From the IMG/VR virus record IMGVR_UViG_3300042510_001812: a DNA stretch of 64,000 nucleotides; one strand, 5' to 3'. Below, piece after piece: positions 56,331 to 64,000 of the stretch. A program made the position numbers and the translations under genes. Position 1 is the stretch's first letter. Each line of letters begins with the position of its first letter. Origin of the DNA: an uncultured virus (IMG/VR IMGVR_UViG_3300042510_001812). Lineage: Duplodnaviria > Heunggongvirae > Uroviricota > Caudoviricetes. A model generated the notes under the pieces. The model saw only the letters and a program-made list of their open reading frames with translations. It made no database searches and was not told the origin of the DNA.

Positions 56331-56864
56331 CTAGCCAGCGTCAACAATCATGTGAATCCTATGAGTGGAGCCGCCATTGTCAACCTTGTGGACTCTGTTT
56401 GTGTTATCTATCACCCAAATCTCCCCTGGTTTTAAATTCTTGGAAATGCCACCAACCGTAAAAGAACATAGACCGTTTGTAACAATTGGTATGTGTATTC
56501 TGTGGGTGTTTCGGTGCACCACCCCCTGGTCTTTGTGTGGTTTGATAATCCCACCAGGGTTCATCCTTGTCAACATTGAGGACTTTTCCGACACTTGACC
56601 GATGTGTTCTCTGGCGATTTCGCAGACTTTCATTATATCCGAACTGAATTGTTCGTAATGTTTGTGTTTTTCTGGACTTGAGTCATTTGACTTCGGAGAA
56701 TACTTCAACGGGATTGTCTCGGTGTGGTAGCTGGCTTGCCCCATTGTGTTTTTTCTACCCTCATATTCACTCCAATCTAGGTCATTGAAGGATAAAACCT
56801 TATTCAATAGGTTTTGAAAGTCGGGGAAAACTCCAATATACCTAAATGCTTCATTTTCTTTCAT
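56331..56864 (-). CDS. aspartyl/asparaginyl beta-hydroxylase-family 2OG-Fe(II) oxygenase
   Basis: PGGIIKPHKD...RIHIPI...GEIWVIDN...H.V.N...RIH. Confidence 0.85.
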   Translation of the reverse strand: MKENEAFRYIGVFPDFQNLLNKVLSFNDLDWSEYEGRKNTMGQASYHTETIPLKYSPKSNDSSPEKHKHYEQFSSDIMKVCEIAREHIGQVSEKSSMLTRMNPGGIIKPHKDQGVVHRNTHRIHIPIVTNGLCSFTVGGISKNLKPGEIWVIDNTNRVHKVDNGGSTHRIHMIVDAG

Positions 56865-56880
56865 GAAATCATCCTGTATA

Positions 56881-56918
56881 AAAAAAGAAACCCCCGGTTT
56901 TTAGGCCGGGGGTTTCTT
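56881..56918 (-). terminator. intrinsic terminator after capsid gene
   Basis: AAGAAACCCCCGG hairpin plus U tract. Confidence 0.85.
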
Positions 56919-56938
56919 GACTTACTTTTTGACTTTGA

Positions 56939-58315
56939 TTATGCGCCTGGTGCAGCGTCAAAATCAATCGAAACGAACGCTTCTGGACGCTTAACAGCGA
57001 GAGCAAGTCTCTGTTCTGCAAGAATCACGATTGCGTTGCGCACGAAGAAGTCTGAGTGCTGTTCCGAAATTCGGATTGAAGCCTGCTCGCGGTCGTACAG
57101 CTGTGCAGCAGTACCGAAGGCACCGACGAGGCCGGTTCCTTCTGTCATTGCTGGAGTGTCGATAACTGGCATTCTCCAAACGCGTGGCTCGCCACCCATT
57201 GCAACCGAAACTGCGATGAGGTATTGACCCTGCTCGTCCTTCGTCAACTCGATGTCTTCCCAGTCGTTCGGGTGCAATACAACGCCCGATGGCTCGTAGT
57301 AAGCCAAGAACGAGAGTGTTGCAGCGCGACGAATTGCATCAGCCTTGGTGTCTGCTACTGGAGCAGTTGCACCGTCTGACCATGCGTATGTCTGGATGTT
57401 TGGTGTGTTCAAAACGCCCAAGAGGTTCTCGCCAGCGCCATCGCCGTTAAGAATTTGGTTGTCTTCCAACAAACGAAGGCCGTACATCAATTCGTTGTCG
57501 ATGATTGAACGCAGCTGTGGCTCATCGGCAAGGACGTTGCGGTGTGCAGCTTCCCAGTGTGCCAATGTGCGAACAGGAGCCTGCTCACCAACGAATGAGA
57601 ATGATGACTGTGGCTTCAACGCAAATGCGCTGTTTCCACCGTTACGCTCTGCAATTGTTGATGCTGAGTTAACACCAGCAGCGTAGCCGTAACCCTCCTG
57701 GATAGGAGTGGTGAAGCCGAGCTGACGGAAGTACTCAATAACAGCAGCAGTTGTTGTGCGAACTGGGAACAAGTCACGAACACGCTTGGTGCGCATTGGC
57801 TGTGTAATCATCGCATCGCGCTGTACTGAACCAAACGAGCCAAGACGGCTGTTTGCTACGTCAGTTCCAGGGATTGCTGAGTAAACATCCTTTACGTTGT
57901 ATGAACCAGATGTGAATGAAGCCTTTACCTGCCATGGTGCAACCATGTTTGCGCCGTTGCGGCCGTTTGCGAGGGTCTTGAATTCTGCTGAGTCCAAGAA
58001 CATTTCGCCGATTGACTTGATTTCACGGCTTGAAAGCTGTGCAACTTCTGCACTTGCTGCAGCGAATGAACCTGCAACACTCTCAGCTGGCTGTGAAGCC
58101 CAAGAATCAACGCTGTTCATCGTCTGCATACCGTCGATGAGGCTCTTGATTTCCTTGATGTCTGACATGTTCTTGTCGAACGCTGTCTTCTGCTCAGGGG
58201 TGACGACAACTGTGCCGTCTTCTACACGGAATGAATCCGCAATGGCCTTATTATCGGCCATCTTTCCACGAAGTGCACCTTGCAGTTCGTTTAATCTTGA
58301 ATTGTCTTGCGACAT
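56939..58315 (-). CDS. major capsid protein (HK97 fold)
   Basis: VRDLFPV...LAHW...L.DEPQLRSII...EDNQILNGDG...NAIVILAEQRLALAVKRPEAFV. Confidence 0.92.
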   Translation of the reverse strand: MSQDNSRLNELQGALRGKMADNKAIADSFRVEDGTVVVTPEQKTAFDKNMSDIKEIKSLIDGMQTMNSVDSWASQPAESVAGSFAAASAEVAQLSSREIKSIGEMFLDSAEFKTLANGRNGANMVAPWQVKASFTSGSYNVKDVYSAIPGTDVANSRLGSFGSVQRDAMITQPMRTKRVRDLFPVRTTTAAVIEYFRQLGFTTPIQEGYGYAAGVNSASTIAERNGGNSAFALKPQSSFSFVGEQAPVRTLAHWEAAHRNVLADEPQLRSIIDNELMYGLRLLEDNQILNGDGAGENLLGVLNTPNIQTYAWSDGATAPVADTKADAIRRAATLSFLAYYEPSGVVLHPNDWEDIELTKDEQGQYLIAVSVAMGGEPRVWRMPVIDTPAMTEGTGLVGAFGTAAQLYDREQASIRISEQHSDFFVRNAIVILAEQRLALAVKRPEAFVSIDFDAAPGA

Positions 58316-58463
58316 GTTTTGCTCCTATTGGAATTGTTTGAGGGTTGGATTATTTACTTCGTGGCTTAGGTAAGCACCCAGCCCTAGTTATATAAAGTAA
58401 CAGAGATTTACACCTTTTAGTGGAACTACTTTATTTGCAAATAAAAGTGTGTAAATGATTAAT

Positions 58464-59183
58464 TTAATCTTCTGTCAGTTCTTCTTGGATTGATTTTTTT
58501 CTTTTTAGTTTTCCTAGCTCTTCTCGTAAAACTGTTCTGATTACATTTCTTTCTTGCGCAGCTCTTCCTCTTCGTCCAAGCGAAGTTGTGCCAGCTAAAC
58601 GGGCGTAATCACTCATGTTTGTGCACGGCATCCAAACTGCCCTGCCAGTTTTGGATATTCTTCTGCTTATCCCAATACACCCCATTTGACGCGAACGAGC
58701 ACGAGCTGATTCCGGGTCAGTAAAAACATCTGGGTCATTGTCTCTAACGTATTGAGGACCAGTCATTGCCGCTTTTGCCATGCTCGCGCCAAACATGTTC
58801 ATTGTTGGGCCGCCAGAAACGGTAGAACCACTTGATACGGATGAGCCAATAGCTTGAGGTGGCGCGAACTGGTTTGGACCAGAAGTTATGCCAGGACCAG
58901 AGCCGTTTATCCCCTGTATTGGTCTTTCTTGAAGTTTTTCCCAGCCGTTTCTTTTTTTCTTACGCTTCTTGCGACCGACTTCTTCTCTTTCAAGACGCCC
59001 TTCGACCGATGACTTCTCTTTCCATTTAGAAGTTTCTGCTCTGTTGGAAATTCGCTCTAAAGAATCCATTGAAGCACAAGGCATCCAATTCCCGTCTTCG
59101 TCTTTATGTGCCCCTCTGCATCCAATCATTTCTGCAACACGAAGCGCTTCCATCTTTTTGACTAATTCTTTTTGCTTAGCCAT
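58464..59183 (-). CDS. head-region hypothetical protein with two GC.G...WMPC modules
   Basis: Repeated WMPC motif. Confidence 0.7.
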   Translation of the reverse strand: MAKQKELVKKMEALRVAEMIGCRGAHKDEDGNWMPCASMDSLERISNRAETSKWKEKSSVEGRLEREEVGRKKRKKKRNGWEKLQERPIQGINGSGPGITSGPNQFAPPQAIGSSVSSGSTVSGGPTMNMFGASMAKAAMTGPQYVRDNDPDVFTDPESARARSRQMGCIGISRRISKTGRAVWMPCTNMSDYARLAGTTSLGRRGRAAQERNVIRTVLREELGKLKRKKSIQEELTED

Positions 59184-59184
59184 T

Positions 59185-59910
59185 CTAGAATCGCTTCAGT
59201 CTTTGCTCTATGGCCTTGCTTATTCTTGTGCCATGGCTTAATTCTTGATTTTCAGATAGTGATTTAACTCTTCTTAACGAGCGGTTGCTTGTACAGCCAA
59301 TTTCTGACTTCTCGTCAATAAACCGAGATATCTTTCTCGACATGCCAAATCCTGCTGATTCTTGAATTTTCATAGATTCAAAAGATTGCTTGTATTCTGA
59401 GCGTTGGTCGATAAATTTTCCAGATTTAGTATCGATTGAGACTTTTTTGCTTTTCGCCTCTTTTATTAAAGAAATCTTTTTAATCTTATTTTTGAAAGAT
59501 TTTGCTCTGTAATCGAACTTTGAGAACTCTGATGAAGTTTTATCCACTTTTTCTAATTTAGTCTCAATTTCTGAATTCTTGTTAATTATGGTTCTGCCAA
59601 CAAAAACGGTTTTTGAAGCAAAAGTCTTCTTAATCACCTTTTCGGCGAATTCATTCAATTCTATTTTCTTTGACAATGTTTTATCAATAATCGATTTTGC
59701 CGCATTATCGCTAATAGACCTGAATGCAGTTGATTCAGTCCATTCTGGAGCTTTTATGTCAGCTTCTGAAGCAAATGTCTTTTGTGCGTGCTCGGCCCAA
59801 TCTGAACCCATTTCATGGAATCCGTAGAAAGACAAAGAATCATCACTTTTCACAACTAGCGCAAATGGAGTATCTCTGACCACATCTTTAATTACGAGTA
59901 TTTCAGGCAT
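59185..59910 (-). CDS. hypothetical Lys-rich protein
   Basis: ORF track; operon. Confidence 0.65.
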   Translation of the reverse strand: MPEILVIKDVVRDTPFALVVKSDDSLSFYGFHEMGSDWAEHAQKTFASEADIKAPEWTESTAFRSISDNAAKSIIDKTLSKKIELNEFAEKVIKKTFASKTVFVGRTIINKNSEIETKLEKVDKTSSEFSKFDYRAKSFKNKIKKISLIKEAKSKKVSIDTKSGKFIDQRSEYKQSFESMKIQESAGFGMSRKISRFIDEKSEIGCTSNRSLRRVKSLSENQELSHGTRISKAIEQRLKRF

Positions 59911-61933
59911 CTGTTCCACCTTTTAGCATTTCAACAATATTCCTCTTGCTGTTAGAGAGGGTTTCTAGTCTGTTTTTGTACAAAGTTTCAACTATCGACA
60001 AGTGGGTCTTTTCTCCAGCAGAGAGCCCATCTTTTTCAAATCGACTACGTAGCTCGTTCATCTTAAAAGAGCGCGCTCTCTTAAGCAGCGCTTCAATATG
60101 CTTCCTATATGCAACCTGTTGGTCTTGCTTTAAGTTGTTGTAATATTCGGAGTACCTAGCACCGTTTGAGCCTTGGTAAAACCCAGCGATAGTCATTTTT
60201 GCTCTCTTGGATATCTGAATCTTGTCAAGGTCAACCAACCCAGACGTCACGTTCTGTGCGAGCATCGGCACTGCGCCTTCGGGTGTTGTTAATGGATAGA
60301 TTGAAGAACTAGGTCTATCTCTTTGGTCTGTCAAGAAATCAGAGACCATTATCGCTGCAACGTCTTCTGGTTTTAGGTCGGAGAACTTTACGTCAGGGCT
60401 AAACGTTGCACCCTTTAGCGCTGTTTCAACATCTTCTCGGATGTATCTTCTCTTATCTGACGGCTTGTCAGCAAAGATTACGTCTGGAGACTGCAAACCT
60501 AGATGTTGTTGTAAATCAGATGCAAATCTTTCAGCCAGGTGTTGATACTTCTTTGGTGATGAATACAGGAAATACTTATCTGCGCCAATTGTGAGAAGAG
60601 ACTGGTTGTTCGCAAGTTTTCTCTCTTGTATAAGCTTACTGTTCGCCAACAGCTTTGGCATTATTTCTGCTGAGACCATAGATATTGAGCCACCTGCAGA
60701 AACATGTTCAATTGCAGCTTCAAGAGAGGTTATCTTCTTCCCGGTTTGAGCAGTTGATGAAGACTGTCTTGCAACAGTCCCACTTTCTCCTGCAGTGGCT
60801 TTTGGTCTTCTTTTGCCAGAGAAAGCCTCAGTCGCCCAACGGAATTTTCCTTTTACTATTTCATTTGGATTTTTGATTCCTATAAAGTTTTCCGAGTATC
60901 TAATTCCATCGCCCGTTTCGTCTGCAACCATCTTTAGCTTGGATGCAGGGTCAGATGTTGACTGCGACTCAATTGCTGTATTGACAGTGCGACCAAGTTT
61001 TCTTCTCTCACCAACTGAAAGCTTTCTTGCCTTCTCTAGCGTGATTGTGGAGCTACCGGGGAGAACATAGATAAGCGACTTAACGCCAGTATTGGATAGA
61101 AGGCCAAGTTCGTCATTGCCGATGTCGTCTGGGGAGAGAGCGGAAAGGATGTATGTTGCGCCTTCCATGTCTCTGTTATCGGGGATTGCTCTTAGCACCT
61201 TTGCGGGAACTACTGGCTCTAGAACAAAACCATCTCTTCTGACCATTCTTGTGGCCTTGCCGTTGTACCCACCAATTTCTGAAACCATACCCTTTACTTG
61301 CTCTGCAGCGGAACGTGGGTTGTCAAGTGAAACTTTTGGAATCTGTGGCTTGCGTGATTCGATTAAACCCCCGGGTAAATCACCAGGGGTCAGAGGCTTC
61401 CCTGTTACGGGTTCTGGTTTTGCAGGGCCACGTCCTGCGCGTCGCAAAGCAGCAACAAGCATTCTTAGCGGAGATGGAATATCAAAAAGTTTTGCTCCAC
61501 ACGTGGATAAACGCGAGTCAGTAAATCTTCCACCGTATTGGTATCCTTCTGGACACCTGTAGCCACGATTCTGCCCTGGCTTTGAGCCACCGACACCACC
61601 AGGTTTCCCGGGTGTAAGAGTTCTGTAGATTGCAGAGCGGACAGGGGAGCGGATTGGGTCAGAGTCTCCAGGGATTGCAATGCTCCTCAGAGTAGAACCA
61701 ATCCGTGAAGCTTTTGTTTGTATCTCTACGGAGTCGAATGCGCTCTTTCTGAGAATCCTGTCTGTCCCATTACGCTTGGACAAAGCCTTGAATGACACTA
61801 CATTTTCAGAAAGCTTTATTCTTGAGCGCGCAATATTATGCAGATTCTTTGCATCAATATCTGCAATTACGATACGCGCGACAACTACGGCACGCCCAGG
61901 ACAGCATGGCAATGAGCCATCAATTTCACTCAT
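59903..61933 (-). CDS. large head-region hypothetical protein
   Basis: RCPEGYQYGGRFTD..LSTCG module; exact start uncertain. Confidence 0.7.
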   Translation of the reverse strand: MSEIDGSLPCCPGRAVVVARIVIADIDAKNLHNIARSRIKLSENVVSFKALSKRNGTDRILRKSAFDSVEIQTKASRIGSTLRSIAIPGDSDPIRSPVRSAIYRTLTPGKPGGVGGSKPGQNRGYRCPEGYQYGGRFTDSRLSTCGAKLFDIPSPLRMLVAALRRAGRGPAKPEPVTGKPLTPGDLPGGLIESRKPQIPKVSLDNPRSAAEQVKGMVSEIGGYNGKATRMVRRDGFVLEPVVPAKVLRAIPDNRDMEGATYILSALSPDDIGNDELGLLSNTGVKSLIYVLPGSSTITLEKARKLSVGERRKLGRTVNTAIESQSTSDPASKLKMVADETGDGIRYSENFIGIKNPNEIVKGKFRWATEAFSGKRRPKATAGESGTVARQSSSTAQTGKKITSLEAAIEHVSAGGSISMVSAEIMPKLLANSKLIQERKLANNQSLLTIGADKYFLYSSPKKYQHLAERFASDLQQHLGLQSPDVIFADKPSDKRRYIREDVETALKGATFSPDVKFSDLKPEDVAAIMVSDFLTDQRDRPSSSIYPLTTPEGAVPMLAQNVTSGLVDLDKIQISKRAKMTIAGFYQGSNGARYSEYYNNLKQDQQVAYRKHIEALLKRARSFKMNELRSRFEKDGLSAGEKTHLSIVETLYKNRLETLSNSKRNIVEMLKGGTDA

Positions 61934-62591
61934 AGTCCCCACCACAGCACTCTGCAGACTTGCGACCTTCTGGAATCTCAAACTTCATGGTCTCGCCATT
62001 TTCGTCTTCGCCTTCCATTTCCCAGTTTTTGTCGTCTCTTAGGAATTCAGAGAACTTTGGCTCCATCTCGATGAAGTCGCGCAAGACGCTAAAAGCATGG
62101 AGAATGTCTGATTCGGTTACAACGTCCTTTGGGTTATTCCCATCGGCGCTCTTAAACTCATGAAAGAATACATCGTCTTCGTAATGTGAATCATTGAGAG
62201 ACTTTTTCACAGTGCGCTTTGCTGCTCTACGCAGATGACTTGAAAATTCAGAATTTGACCAGTTTCTTTTCTTCAATTTTCCGCGGCAGTTCTTCATGCC
62301 TGGATGATGGCATCCCTCATTTGGCCAAAGACCAGTTGTTTCATGATGCAACCATGCACAAATATTGTTCAATGGGTATAGCTCTGGGTGGTTTGCAAGA
62401 ATCACTCTACAACGACGGAATCCGCCTGGCTTACGCATGATTGGTCGCCAGTAACGCAAAAGTCGTTCTAGGTTTCCACGACGAGGGCCGTATCCACGGA
62501 GCAGGTCGCCAGTGACTAGCTCTTGAGGGATTATTCCGCCAAGAGGGTCGAGTTTCACTTCGTTATTTTCGAATTCAGAACTCATTGCCAT
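61926..62591 (-). CDS. head-region hypothetical protein
   Basis: LLRYW...PGGFRRC...CAWLHHE.TG.WP. Confidence 0.7.
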   Translation of the reverse strand: MAMSSEFENNEVKLDPLGGIIPQELVTGDLLRGYGPRRGNLERLLRYWRPIMRKPGGFRRCRVILANHPELYPLNNICAWLHHETTGLWPNEGCHHPGMKNCRGKLKKRNWSNSEFSSHLRRAAKRTVKKSLNDSHYEDDVFFHEFKSADGNNPKDVVTESDILHAFSVLRDFIEMEPKFSEFLRDDKNWEMEGEDENGETMKFEIPEGRKSAECCGGDYE

Positions 62592-63009
62592 CCTCGTGTT
62601 TATTTGCGGAATTGTCTACCTTATAATCTACCATTTTAATGAGACTCTTATTATTTATAAAGTCAATTGCTCGTGCATTCTTCTTTTCGAGTTTCACTTT
62701 TGTTTCACCAACTGTTGACAGTGTTGTTATACCCTCAAGAACTTCTTTTTCTATTTCGACATCTTTCTTGATGAATGTCTCATACCATTTCCCCTTTGTT
62801 GGATTCTTGGGAGCATCCCATAGAGAACGATGAAACTTGGTGTTTCTAATCTTGTTTAATCCTTGTGCCTTTGACGCCCACGAAAAGAAGTAAATCTTTA
62901 CAGAGGAGCCATCTGGTCTTACGATTGCTCCATCCTTTTCTCCAGCCTTTGCGTCTACGTCGTAATAGACCTTGTTCCCGTCGTATGTTCCAACAAGTAC
63001 AGCTTTCAT
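62575..63009 (-). CDS. hypothetical protein
   Basis: ORF track; operon. Confidence 0.65.
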   Translation of the reverse strand: MKAVLVGTYDGNKVYYDVDAKAGEKDGAIVRPDGSSVKIYFFSWASKAQGLNKIRNTKFHRSLWDAPKNPTKGKWYETFIKKDVEIEKEVLEGITTLSTVGETKVKLEKKNARAIDFINNKSLIKMVDYKVDNSANKHEDGNEF

Positions 63010-63011
63010 AA

Positions 63012-63998
63012 TTAGTCGACCATCAAATCTAATTGCCCGCTTTTTCTGATGCTGTCAAGTGTTTTCTTTAGTTCTGCTTCAACTTCTGCATCGATGTTTC
63101 TCTTAAGTATCTCATCAACCCTGGTTGTTGGGCTGGCTGTTTTATCATACGAACGAGGATTCTCGATATTCATGCCTTGTGGGTGAGCGAACTTGACGTA
63201 GCCGATTCCCATTCCTTCATACTTCTCTTTAATCTTCTTAGCAGCACGATACTCCTTGAGCTTTACCATGCTTACCGTATTTAATGGTTTGCCCCCAGAT
63301 ATTGAATAGAAGTAGGCAACCTCTTCTGGCGTGAATCCAAGTTTCTCAAGCTTTGATGCAAGCGACCTATCGTTCACAACATCCGAGATGTCTTCAGACT
63401 CTGCAACCTTTGCAACCTTTGTGTACGGGTAGTGAATTCCCTCTACTTCGCTCTTCTTGAATCCACCAAGAATCTGGGCCTCAAATGGCTCGTGACCTCT
63501 AGTCGACGAGTCAACAGCGCCAACTGGCGCCATTCTGCCATTTTCATCCATTGATGCATTGACAGAGGAGAAGTTCTTGTCCATCTTTGCTCCTAGAAGA
63601 TGAAGCATCGCTTCGGTGTTCTGTTTCTTTGAAGAAATCCCATCAGCATTCATGATTGCGTCGGCGATGTCATCAGGGTCGTTGGAGTTCATCGCTACTG
63701 GTCTGTGCGCCGACTGTAGGGCCTCTCCGCGTCCGTATGCAGTGCGATTAGACACTTCTGGCTTGAGGATTACCTCTATCTCCCCTAGCGCCGTAAGACC
63801 GTCTCCCACAATGTCATTGTCGCCAACCTCAAAGATTGCATCGCTTCCGATATTGCCCTTGCCCGACGCGGCTACTCTTCTCTTCTTTTCTTCATTGTGT
63901 GAACGATGCACAACGTATCCGCTGACAGGCTTGGCTGAGTTTGGAGTTGATTTGCTAATGCCAATCCTGCTGTTGTACTCATCTCTAAATACATCTGA
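63012..63998 (-). CDS. C-terminal part of a large protein (start beyond window)
   Basis: Frame open to the window end; GEIEVILKPEV..RT...EAQILGG. Confidence 0.7.
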   Translation of the reverse strand, partial: SDVFRDEYNSRIGISKSTPNSAKPVSGYVVHRSHNEEKKRRVAASGKGNIGSDAIFEVGDNDIVGDGLTALGEIEVILKPEVSNRTAYGRGEALQSAHRPVAMNSNDPDDIADAIMNADGISSKKQNTEAMLHLLGAKMDKNFSSVNASMDENGRMAPVGAVDSSTRGHEPFEAQILGGFKKSEVEGIHYPYTKVAKVAESEDISDVVNDRSLASKLEKLGFTPEEVAYFYSISGGKPLNTVSMVKLKEYRAAKKIKEKYEGMGIGYVKFAHPQGMNIENPRSYDKTASPTTRVDEILKRNIDAEVEAELKKTLDSIRKSGQLDLMVD

Positions 63999-64000
63999 TG

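Overview
This window is part of a large tailed dsDNA phage genome with a probable actinobacterial host (two WhiB genes, an actinobacterial-type ferredoxin and SSB, Gram-positive LexA boxes). 0-7.6 kb holds replication-initiation/helicase-loader-like genes and an AAA+/vWA pair. 7.6-36.1 kb is an array of about 30 short transcription cassettes of mostly unknown small genes. 36-56 kb holds primase-helicase, SSB, class II RNR, tRNAs, a transglycosylase and 2OG-Fe(II) dioxygenases. 56-64 kb holds the HK97-fold major capsid gene and head-region genes. The cassette array is the most striking signal. Most cassettes follow one grammar: terminator, then an AGCCCCG...CGGGGCT inverted pair, then TTTTGGAAATTTGGTATC-N8-TAnnnT promoter (33 copies counted by eye), then a CUACUAC leader and SD, then the gene(s). 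The AGCCCCG sites lie at helical-turn intervals from the promoter. Overlaid on this are four perfect LexA boxes, a polar TTCCACCACCGTC motif and traces of cassette duplication. One promoter copy drives a ~215-nt highly structured candidate ncRNA. A D-arm-less tRNA-like gene (UAU) is also present. Product calls come from motif recognition only; no database searches were run, and all counts are manual.
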